A stretch of 32,000 nt of DNA from an uncultured Alphaproteobacteria bacterium (GCA_963931495.1 OZ007020.1:90001-122000), one strand, 5' to 3'. Positions 19,115-27,269 are shown, numbered from the stretch's first letter. Made by a program: numbers and translations. Notes: a model not told the origin generated them from the sequence alone.

Positions 19115-19345
19115 TTAATGTTTACGCTTTGTATTATGTCGCACAGCCAGCATTACCATGCCATGATATGCGATTTTTTCCAATACTGATTCTGGAATTA
19201 ATCGTTTGCCACTTTCGTATCGGGTCAAATCACGACGTGATATCCCCATAATTCGGGACATTTCATGACGTTTTATATGCGCACATTTACGTGCACGACG
19301 TATTATTTGACCATAGTATGAATTATCAACCAATACAACAGACAT
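19115..19345 (-). CDS. XRE/Cro-type HTH transcriptional regulator (76 aa)
   Basis: The HTH_3-like pattern is GQIIRRARKCAHIKRHEMSRIMGISRRDLTRYESGKRLIPESVLEKI. The SD is GGGGGG (rc of 19354-19359). Confidence 0.8.
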   Translation of the reverse strand: MSVVLVDNSYYGQIIRRARKCAHIKRHEMSRIMGISRRDLTRYESGKRLIPESVLEKIAYHGMVMLAVRHNTKRKH

Positions 19346-19371
19346 TGTTTATTCCCCCCATATGTTTTGTT

Positions 19372-19524
19372 AAACAAAATACCGCCGTGATTAAGGGCGG
19401 TTGGAGGCTCAAAGCTATTAAAGGTAATAGTGTTGCTTATTTGTATATTCGCAACCCTCCAACCCATGTTGGAGTGTGTCCTTTAAGAGGTTTTGAGACC
19501 CCGCATCGGTAATCGGCCAATGCA
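19372..19524 (-). ncRNA. Candidate ~150-nt structured RNA: either the attenuator-type 5' leader of the XRE gene or a stand-alone sRNA
   Basis: The element is bounded by a strong promoter (19531-19558) and a terminator-like hairpin CCGCC-CTTAATCAC-GGCGG followed by TATTTTGTTT (rc of 19372-19400). Internally there are three mutually exclusive pairing partners: CTCCAAC (rc of 19468-19474), GGTTGGAGG (rc of 19455-19463) and CCTCCAACC (rc of 19399-19407, overlapping the terminator stem by 2 nt). A nested hairpin CTATTA/TAATAG lies at 19415-19430. The ends are estimates. Confidence 0.4.
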
Positions 19525-19530
19525 AGGCAT

Positions 19531-19558
19531 ATTATATCACAGGCAAATTGTTTTTCAA
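19531..19558 (-). promoter_or_regulatory. Strong sigma70-like promoter with extended -10
   Basis: On the minus strand: TTGAAA (rc of 19553-19558), 16 nt, TGaTATAAT (rc of 19531-19539). It starts 5 nt after the stop codon of the 243-aa gene. Confidence 0.55.
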
Positions 19559-19562
19559 ACAG

Positions 19563-20294
19563 TTAATACATCCGCACAGGCGACGTATTATATGTGCGTT
19601 CTTGCAATGCTTCTAAATTACGTGTAATGCATACACGCATATAATCAGTGCAGTTATTCAAATCATTTCTGTTGTTATTCAAATTTGTGCAATACGTATC
19701 CAGATTTTGACATTGACTGACATTTTGCGTACGATCATACAGATGCAATGTTTGTAAATCTGTTTCAATTTGACGCTTTGCCGCACCCAAATCAGAACTG
19801 TTGATTGCGGCAACCGTTCTGTCCAGGTTACGCGACAAACAATTCATAACATCACTGGTCGTGCCATTGCGACAATTTTCCGCACCAGCAACACCGTTAT
19901 TTCCACCAGTTGACGTTCCAGACGAACGTCCAGACGATGCACCCGCCGATTCCAGTTTTGTGGTCAAAATCTCGCGTTCCAGTTGCGTTTTTAACCGCCG
20001 TATCGTCGCATCCAGGTATTCATATTGCTTGTACATCTGTTGCGTTATGACCGTCGTTTTTAATGCGACAACATCACGCATTGCCTGTTGATCCGCCGCG
20101 GTGGACGGATTTTCCAAAAAACCAATATTATATGCATGCGTGCTGCATAACGCCAGCATCGGTGTAATACGGTCATTATTTGGGTCATTACATCCGTAAT
20201 CATCCGCCGCACGGGCCATGAATGTGGCGCCACAACCCAACACCAAAACTGTGGTAAACAAGGCGCGCTGTAAAAATTCTTTTACTTTCATCAT
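19563..20294 (-). CDS. Exported Cys-rich protein, possible lipoprotein (243 aa), unknown function
   Basis: The signal sequence is MMKVKEFLQRALFTTVLVLG|C, with a possible lipobox VLGC; SPase I cleavage after ARA is the alternative. I count 9 Cys, including CQNLDTYC and CTDYMRVC. A central coiled-coil-like segment and a Gly/Ser-rich linker are present. The start overlaps the upstream stop as ATGA (20291-20294). Confidence 0.8.
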   Translation of the reverse strand: MMKVKEFLQRALFTTVLVLGCGATFMARAADDYGCNDPNNDRITPMLALCSTHAYNIGFLENPSTAADQQAMRDVVALKTTVITQQMYKQYEYLDATIRRLKTQLEREILTTKLESAGASSGRSSGTSTGGNNGVAGAENCRNGTTSDVMNCLSRNLDRTVAAINSSDLGAAKRQIETDLQTLHLYDRTQNVSQCQNLDTYCTNLNNNRNDLNNCTDYMRVCITRNLEALQERTYNTSPVRMY

Positions 20295-22135
20295 TTCAAC
20301 AATTGTCCCAGCAACGATTGTGTATCTGCGGCGATTGATTTTTGCAATTCGGCATCTGATGCATTCATTGCGTCACGCACCGCCGGTATTTCGCACATCA
20401 ATGTATCATAGTTATATTCATAACCCAATATTTCACATACGCATTTGTTGTTTTCCCATCTGGTAATCTGGTCCCGCGCATTTTCGCACAGGCAACGCAT
20501 TTCACCATTTTCACGCGCATCATTTTTGCATAATTGGCGTATACGCTGGTCCGATTCACCACTGGTTTGCAAAACTGTCTGGTTGGCCACACCCGCAGTA
20601 TTGCGCATTTCACGATCGGTTACACATACCTGTTGCGGCAATTTCTTTAAGTTTGCCGCCGATTGCAAATCGCGATACGTTTGTTCATTAACCGCACAGT
20701 ATACAATGCCATCTGATTGCGGTGTCATTGTGCCACCGAACAGGCCACTGCCAAAACTGGACGGGGCATCTTGGTCAATGATACGTTTCAATGTTTCAAC
20801 ATCAATATCTGCGGCATCACTGCGTCCACGGAACAATGGTGAATTATCCAAAACTTCGGACGCACACCCCACACGAACCTGGAATCCATCTTCGCCTTCT
20901 TCGGGATACAGCCAATTACGCTGAACCTCTTCTTCATCCGCCAATACGCGGATTAATTGACATCCGCCATCCGACATGGGTACAACCTGGCCCGGTTTGC
21001 ATGCCGCATTACCATACACCCGCCCGCCGTTTGTAAACACCGTTCCATCAGACATCCCGTTTGGGCAATTAATACTGTTATAGTGCATAACCTGGCCTTC
21101 GGCGCACAAGTATTGTCCCCACGCATTGCAAGAACCATTCAGCATCATGTATATATCAGTAATATCCACACCCACAGATTGGGCCAAAATTAACGCATCA
21201 TATAATTCATCCAGCACGTCATCATATGGATCAAAGAACTGCATTGCTTTTTCTTTGAACGCACTGACGCGCTTTGGGCCCGAACAATTACCACCATTGG
21301 AATCACACCCGGCGTAATCAAACGCCGTTGTCATTGCCGCCTGGACAGAACGCAATGCGGTTTCCGCCCCTTCTATCTTTGATAAAATTTGACCGGCAAT
21401 TTGTTCACGTGCCAAAACATCCGCCGAAACACCCGCCGCCGCCGCAGATTGTTGGGCCGCCGTCAGCGCCCCCGTTGTCCCGGTTGTGGCCCCAGTTGTC
21501 GCCGATTGCACAGGTGCGGTCGTAGTTACTGTTTGAACATTTTGCTGGGCCGCCGCCGCGATTGCATCGGCGGTCGCCTGTTGCTGTTGCGCCAATGCCG
21601 CCTGGATCTGGGCGGCAGTATCCGCACTTTGCTGTTGCATCTGTTGTTGCATGGCGGTCATTTGCTGTTGCATCATGGCCATTTGTTGGCTGCTCTGTTG
21701 GGCGGCCGCATTTGCCGCCGCAATTTGGGCGTTTGTTGCCGCCGCGGTGGCCGTGGCGTTTGCATCAGACACCAACTGGGCCGATATATATTCAATCAAA
21801 TCATCGCCGTATTGTTTACATGCAGAATTTGATTCCACACACCCTGATACAATTGGACGCGCAATTTCCATCGTACTGCACCCGCCACCAGCACATTTTG
21901 GTTGCGCACAACGCAATATCACAGAATTACAATTACCAAAATCAGCCACTGGACCACTGGTCGTGGTATTCGCACGCGGATTCATATACGAATTCCACAT
22001 GGCATTATTATTCGCCCCAGACGACGGATTATACGCGGTTAAATTACTGCCCAACGTGGTGGCAACCGGCGCCGCCGTGGCATGTATCGCCACAAGCCCC
22101 AGCACAACCGATAAAAATGCGGGTATGTATTTCAT
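20291..22135 (-). CDS. Exported Cys-rich protein with a Gln/Ala-rich low-complexity region (614 aa), unknown function
   Basis: I chose the start at ATG 22133-22135, giving the signal peptide MKYIPAFLSVVLGLVAIHATA|AP. I count 22 Cys. The low-complexity Q/A/T tract is encoded at ~21425-21763. Confidence 0.8.
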   Translation of the reverse strand: MKYIPAFLSVVLGLVAIHATAAPVATTLGSNLTAYNPSSGANNNAMWNSYMNPRANTTTSGPVADFGNCNSVILRCAQPKCAGGGCSTMEIARPIVSGCVESNSACKQYGDDLIEYISAQLVSDANATATAAATNAQIAAANAAAQQSSQQMAMMQQQMTAMQQQMQQQSADTAAQIQAALAQQQQATADAIAAAAQQNVQTVTTTAPVQSATTGATTGTTGALTAAQQSAAAAGVSADVLAREQIAGQILSKIEGAETALRSVQAAMTTAFDYAGCDSNGGNCSGPKRVSAFKEKAMQFFDPYDDVLDELYDALILAQSVGVDITDIYMMLNGSCNAWGQYLCAEGQVMHYNSINCPNGMSDGTVFTNGGRVYGNAACKPGQVVPMSDGGCQLIRVLADEEEVQRNWLYPEEGEDGFQVRVGCASEVLDNSPLFRGRSDAADIDVETLKRIIDQDAPSSFGSGLFGGTMTPQSDGIVYCAVNEQTYRDLQSAANLKKLPQQVCVTDREMRNTAGVANQTVLQTSGESDQRIRQLCKNDARENGEMRCLCENARDQITRWENNKCVCEILGYEYNYDTLMCEIPAVRDAMNASDAELQKSIAADTQSLLGQLLK

Positions 22136-22223
22136 ATTCTCTCTTGGCATTAATTTTAACACAAAAAATTCATTCTTGAAAGATAAAAATCGCAACACAG
22201 CACAAAAAGCACCCAGATAAAAA

Positions 22224-22250
22224 TTGACAAAATACTATATTTTGTATAAT
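22224..22250 (+). promoter_or_regulatory. Candidate promoter placed only 10 nt upstream of the ATG (leaderless-type arrangement)
   Basis: TTGACA (22224-22229), 15 nt, TATAAT (22245-22250). With 17-nt spacing the -10 would read TAATAT. The ATG lies at 22261, and there is no SD in between. Confidence 0.5.
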
Positions 22251-22260
22251 ATTATACGAT

Positions 22261-24021
22261 ATGATTATACAAAATGGAACTTTAACGAATATTGATGCGT
22301 CTGATATAAATCCAGACGGTGTGTTACGTATACCACCCAAAGTTACTGGGGTCGCCGACAATGTCGGTTGTAACATCCCCAATATGCGTGCAATTTACTT
22401 TCCTAATTCGGTATTACGTATTCCCGGCGGCGTTTTTAATAATAACCCAAACCTGGAATTTATTGATTTCGGTGACAATGTTGCCAGCATAGAATTTGAA
22501 TCTTTTCAAAACTGTCCGCGTCTGGAAACAATTAAAATACCATATAAATGGAATTCACTGCACCCGTGGGTGGGGACCATATTTCCAAATCTGGGTCGCA
22601 TAATAAGACGTACCCAGGACGGGGGTGAACAAGACTATCCTGTACAAAAAATTCAAAACACATATTACTATGAATCTGGATGGCGTTGCATCGGTGACAT
22701 AAAAATTCTGAAATTACATATGCTGAATTTCAATGCCAACGGCATATCCCCGGAAACAAAAACAGGTATTCGGATTAATCGCGTAACAACGGTTGGCAAC
22801 AATATTCATGCCGCAATAAATAATTTCCGTAAACACCAAATATCACAAGAATTTGAACGCGCAATATATATCTATGATTCAAAAAATCAACACCATGAAC
22901 AGTTTGATGAACATAAATCTGTTCTGCGACATGCAATGCGACGTTCACTGGGGCATACAAACGAAATGACAATCGCAATGCGTGAAAAGTTTCATGAATA
23001 TATACGTCATATCCCAACATATATAAAATATATTGATGACGTTATGAAAAAATATCCAAATGCACGCGGACAAATCCAAGAACTGGACGATTTAACAATG
23101 GACGAAACATTGAATATAATAACCCCGCGCCCCCATGATGCGCGCGTTGCCCAGTCTTGTACACGTTGGCTGAAACGCCACCCAGTATCGGCCGATGAAA
23201 TGATTGCCATTGTACGCGCAGGATACAAAAATCCGGGCGCATTTCCGTATAGTTGGCTGGCCAAAACACCAAAAAAAGAACGTGGAAAATTAACACAAAA
23301 ATTGCACACATTGTTCCAGACAACCACAACAAAAATGTACGGCCCAGATAACAAAACAGAATTTAACCAAGAACTGGCACAAATGGCACAATCACTGGGG
23401 CGATTAATTAAACAGCCGGTAAACATAGAATATCTGGAATCTGGGAATTTTTCAAAAACGTATACTGTACAAATTCCTGGTGATAAAAAATATGTGTGGA
23501 AAATGTACCACAGCAATCGCGACGGTAAAATATTCACTGATTGGAATCACAATACAGAATTACAAAACTCTTTCTTGGTTTCGGGCAGAAAGTATTACGG
23601 AAAAATGAAATTCCGTAAAATATCTGTGGCCGGAATCAGTAACCAACGCGGAGAGATATATTTAATATATCCATATACCGAATATCGCAACAAAATATAC
23701 CCAGGTGGCCACATCACCCCGACATTAAAAAACTTTAATATTTACGACAGAAATATTAATAATTTTTGTGGTGATACGGTCATTGATATCGGTGCACTGC
23801 GGATAAATAACGCGCGATTACGTCAATCACGACATGTTTTGAAGATATCTAATACAATATTATATCATTCGTGGGATGATTTAACATACATATTGGATAA
23901 ATACAGTGTGCCGGAAATATCGGATGCATGCAGTTTTATATCAAAAAGTCTGAAACCCAACAGTTATCAATACAAAACAATTCGTGACAAAATAATATAT
24001 CTGCGTACACATATGCGATAA
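22261..24021 (+). CDS. LRR (BspA-type) plus protein-kinase-like fusion protein (586 aa), no signal peptide
   Basis: The N-terminus has BspA/LRR_5-like repeats (IYFPNSVLRIPGGVFNNNPNLEFIDFGDNVASIEFESFQNCPRLETIKIP). The C-terminus (aa ~385-545, nt ~23413-23895) carries the ordered kinase motifs: G-loop LESGNFSKTY, beta3 Lys YVWK(414), alphaC Glu at +19 (E433), hinge-like EIYLIYPYTE, catalytic YD(496)RNINN(501) and DIG (D509). Confidence 0.85.
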   Translation: MIIQNGTLTNIDASDINPDGVLRIPPKVTGVADNVGCNIPNMRAIYFPNSVLRIPGGVFNNNPNLEFIDFGDNVASIEFESFQNCPRLETIKIPYKWNSLHPWVGTIFPNLGRIIRRTQDGGEQDYPVQKIQNTYYYESGWRCIGDIKILKLHMLNFNANGISPETKTGIRINRVTTVGNNIHAAINNFRKHQISQEFERAIYIYDSKNQHHEQFDEHKSVLRHAMRRSLGHTNEMTIAMREKFHEYIRHIPTYIKYIDDVMKKYPNARGQIQELDDLTMDETLNIITPRPHDARVAQSCTRWLKRHPVSADEMIAIVRAGYKNPGAFPYSWLAKTPKKERGKLTQKLHTLFQTTTTKMYGPDNKTEFNQELAQMAQSLGRLIKQPVNIEYLESGNFSKTYTVQIPGDKKYVWKMYHSNRDGKIFTDWNHNTELQNSFLVSGRKYYGKMKFRKISVAGISNQRGEIYLIYPYTEYRNKIYPGGHITPTLKNFNIYDRNINNFCGDTVIDIGALRINNARLRQSRHVLKISNTILYHSWDDLTYILDKYSVPEISDACSFISKSLKPNSYQYKTIRDKIIYLRTHMR

Positions 24022-24061
24022 AGCATTTTTGGATGCCAGCATCGCAACAAGCATGCATAAA

Positions 24062-24087
24062 AACACCGCCCAAATGGGCGGCGCTTT
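24062..24087. terminator. Bidirectional terminator between convergent genes
   Basis: CCGCCC-AAAT-GGGCGG (24066-24081) is flanked by AAAAAC on the left and CGCTTTTT on the right. It abuts the stop (24088-24090) of the minus-strand gene. Confidence 0.8.
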
Positions 24088-27000
24088 TTATTCCAATCCG
24101 AGACTGATTATGTCGCCATAATCACCGGCCTCCATCGTGCCGATATAACACTTTATATGACGGCCGATATCATCCATCCATTCTTCATAGGCCTCTTTTT
24201 CAGCGGCAGATAACGTGGACTGTTGTATATCACGCGTGGCCTTCCATACCAAGAAACCACCCGCTGCACCAGTGACCGCCGCGCCCAATGTTGCGCCCAG
24301 GCCACTCCATGCATTGCTGGATTTTCCAGATGTTTGAACAGAATTTGATTCTGATTCCAACAAATCCAACGCACGCAGTGCCGATCTTTTCAGTGACGCG
24401 ATAGTATTTGCGTTTTCGCTGTCGCTGATAATCAACTGTTCATGGCCATTCACCGTGGTAACAACCGCATCGGACCATGCGTTAACGCCGTTAACCGCCC
24501 CCGTGATAACACTGGATGTAATATTTTGTTCGCGCGCATTACGTTTCATCATTGTAACATATGTTGGCAACGTATCTTGCACATCACGAATATTGGGCGC
24601 GTTCAATATATCGCGGATTGCATCAATATATTGCACGGTTTTGTTGCTGGCTGTTGTACCAGATTGTGTCTTGTTCGGATTATTGAATCCGGTCAGACCA
24701 CTGAACACCGTGCCCTTTTGAATACCAGACCCCAGATATGCACCACCAACGGCACCGCCCAACGTTCCCAACAATGTTGTCCAGAATGTTGTTCTGTTCT
24801 GGTTCGCCACCATATCCGCGGTTGCATCGGCAACAACACTGTCGGTGATGTCTTCCAGGTCATCGGCCGGAATCCAACTGCCACAGGTAAATGTGTCACC
24901 CACAGCAAAGAATGCGTTTGACCAATCGGCACCCTTCATTGCTTCTTGAACCTTGGCATCATCTGATTGCAACGTGACCTTGACCGCACAGAACGAACCA
25001 TACAAATCGTTACTGGTTACAAAGTCATTGCGCGCCAAACCGTTTACACCATAATCATCTGGGACGCGATTACTGCGCAATTTTGACCACATGAATGTAC
25101 CACCGGTATCACTGGCAGCCATAATTCCGCCCGCATTCCCCGACAAACATGCGTGCTGTTCTTGGGTTAATTTACTGTTATAAATTGCCTGGGCTTCTTT
25201 TTCTAAATCATACATCAAATCCGAGAACAATGATTCTGCGGCCCGATTTTGGGTATATGTTGTATATGAAATATAGGCAGGTTCATCGTATACATCCCCA
25301 TCTGGGGTCACAGTATCACAAATGCCCTTGCTGCGGTCAGATGCATAGCACAATTTGTTGCCATCAATATCCGTTTCTTGGATATCTGTTTGAACCTGGT
25401 CTTCTGTGATATTAATGGACGAACCCGCATCCAGCCATCCACCACGAACGTTTGTCGCACTGCCCCACGAACTGGTGCTGTTGGACATATTGGCTTTAAC
25501 CTTGGCCTGTTCAATTGCCAGATGTTCTTGGCACACGGTTGCATTTTTAACCGTATCCAGACACAACCCCAATACAATCGTATAATCCAAAACACCACCA
25601 ACGCGATTCATGCTCTTGTTAAACGATGTGCTTTCTGAATTCGTCAATGACGAGTATATGTCCGTACGGTTACGATAACATGCCGAATATTCTTCGCCGC
25701 ACATAGACTTTACACAACTTTTTGCAACATTTTCGCATTGTGTGCGCATCTGGGCGATTGACGCATCGTTATAACTGCTGGCCAAAGAGGCATTCAATGA
25801 TGCGACAACCCCAATCGGATCAGAACCGTTGTCTTTATATTCTGGGAATAACGTCGTAAACACATCTTGATTAATATATGAATATGTATACGTACCGATT
25901 CCGTCGGTATTCGCCGCAGCATACATACAGTACGGATCTGTATTCACGATTGCCGAACATCCGTTTTTGATTTCGTCATAAACAGCACTGCTGTTAATTG
26001 ATTTATCGGTGCCACCAAACACCTGGTAATAACAGGCGGCCCCACTGCCCCCGCCGCACGTACGCATTACGCATGACGAAATTGTTTCCACGCAACTGGC
26101 GCGCGCATCGGCGTCAAATTCTTCTATTAATGTATTGATTTTGGATTTCATAGACGAATTCATACGCGCCGAATACGCTTCGGCAAAAATACCTTCTTGG
26201 TTATCCATATCACTTAATTGTGACGCGGTTGGCATTGCACCATTACCCAAGAATGTGGCATAGCAATATTTGTTTGCCCCAATCGTATCCAGGCATTGAT
26301 TCTTTATATAACCCTGGATATCAGAATTGCTGACCGCGTTGGTATTCACATTCAAATCAGCCAGTGATGTTATTGACGTACCTGATTGAATCGCATCAAA
26401 CAATGCCGTGTTTTGACCCGACATGCCTTCGCTGCACTTATACGGACTGGCCGCACAGGCATTATAGAAACATTGATCAACAACCTTGTAACACGTAGAT
26501 ACCGCATTCACCGCCGCCAGGGCCGCACCTTCACTTATCATTATGCCGATGCGACTGTCAGATGTGGGATTGCCAGATGTATTTGTTGAACCAAATAATT
26601 CTGTTTTCCCTTCGCTTTGGCAACGGGCCAATGTTGATTCACAAAATACTTTTTGCTTTTTGAATTCGGAATTCGTTGTACACAATTCAAAATCCGCACC
26701 ACATACATTGTCACGTTGCAGACATGTTGTATAACGTCTGATACAGTCACTGGTATCATACATATTTGAAATTGCCGCGCCCGCAATCATTTGCCCCATA
26801 ACACTGCCATTCGTGGGATACGTATAGTCGGTAATTTCACCATCTGAATTTGTTGATGCGACATTCGCCAACGCCGTTGTTGACGATGTTCCAAACAGAC
26901 TGTTTACACCCGCCGCGCTGCACTGGGCCAATGTGCTGATACACTTTGGCATTTTGCCGTGGAATAAAACCTTGGTTGTGCATTCTTCAAAATTTGGGCC

Positions 27001-27243
27001 GCACGCGTCGGCATCAGACATACATGATGTATACGCTTCTATGCATTCAATGTTGTCCATCAAATTTGACGAAGAATTTGTCGTTGTCCCAGATACAATC
27101 GTACCGCCATTTATGTACGCCGTCATCGTCGGTAAACGTGTTGCCACCGTGCCAACAACACTGGGGCGCGCCGTTAATGCAAACGCCGCCGGAATCACGC
27201 ACAAAACAGCCGTAAATCCAATCGTTTTTTTCAACAAGTTCAT
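24088..27243 (-). CDS. Giant exported Cys-rich protein with two C-terminal Gly-zipper TM helices (1,051 aa), unknown function
   Basis: I chose the start at ATG 27241-27243 (RBS GGAG ~8 nt upstream), giving the signal peptide MNLLKKTIGFTAVLCVIPAAFA|LT. I count 37 Cys. A six-Cys module is duplicated with a 100-aa period. The C-terminal hydrophobic Gly-rich segments are TTFWTTLLGTLGGAVGGAYLGSGI and WSGLGATLGAAVTGAAGGFLVW. Confidence 0.85.
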   Translation of the reverse strand: MNLLKKTIGFTAVLCVIPAAFALTARPSVVGTVATRLPTMTAYINGGTIVSGTTTNSSSNLMDNIECIEAYTSCMSDADACGPNFEECTTKVLFHGKMPKCISTLAQCSAAGVNSLFGTSSTTALANVASTNSDGEITDYTYPTNGSVMGQMIAGAAISNMYDTSDCIRRYTTCLQRDNVCGADFELCTTNSEFKKQKVFCESTLARCQSEGKTELFGSTNTSGNPTSDSRIGIMISEGAALAAVNAVSTCYKVVDQCFYNACAASPYKCSEGMSGQNTALFDAIQSGTSITSLADLNVNTNAVSNSDIQGYIKNQCLDTIGANKYCYATFLGNGAMPTASQLSDMDNQEGIFAEAYSARMNSSMKSKINTLIEEFDADARASCVETISSCVMRTCGGGSGAACYYQVFGGTDKSINSSAVYDEIKNGCSAIVNTDPYCMYAAANTDGIGTYTYSYINQDVFTTLFPEYKDNGSDPIGVVASLNASLASSYNDASIAQMRTQCENVAKSCVKSMCGEEYSACYRNRTDIYSSLTNSESTSFNKSMNRVGGVLDYTIVLGLCLDTVKNATVCQEHLAIEQAKVKANMSNSTSSWGSATNVRGGWLDAGSSINITEDQVQTDIQETDIDGNKLCYASDRSKGICDTVTPDGDVYDEPAYISYTTYTQNRAAESLFSDLMYDLEKEAQAIYNSKLTQEQHACLSGNAGGIMAASDTGGTFMWSKLRSNRVPDDYGVNGLARNDFVTSNDLYGSFCAVKVTLQSDDAKVQEAMKGADWSNAFFAVGDTFTCGSWIPADDLEDITDSVVADATADMVANQNRTTFWTTLLGTLGGAVGGAYLGSGIQKGTVFSGLTGFNNPNKTQSGTTASNKTVQYIDAIRDILNAPNIRDVQDTLPTYVTMMKRNAREQNITSSVITGAVNGVNAWSDAVVTTVNGHEQLIISDSENANTIASLKRSALRALDLLESESNSVQTSGKSSNAWSGLGATLGAAVTGAAGGFLVWKATRDIQQSTLSAAEKEAYEEWMDDIGRHIKCYIGTMEAGDYGDIISLGLE

Positions 27244-27269
27244 AAGACTCACTCCATACTTATTAAGTA

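Noticed and set aside
19486-19530. 15-aa leader peptide (MPCIGRLPMRGLKTS) for the XRE attenuator
   Set aside because: Its ATG (rc of 19528-19530) directly abuts the -10 hexamer and would lie upstream of the predicted transcription start. The internal 7-aa alternative has no SD, and there are no regulatory codon runs.
21274-22220. Plus-strand ORFs of 83-205 aa (21274-21525, 21389-21832, 21562-22179, 21651-22220)
   Set aside because: They are antisense to the Q/A-rich tract of the 614-aa gene. The GCN/CAR repeats read as stop-free R/L/C/G-rich frames on the other strand.
23007-23537. 176-aa minus-strand ORF
   Set aside because: It is antisense to the LRR-kinase gene, whose ordered kinase motifs support the plus-strand frame.
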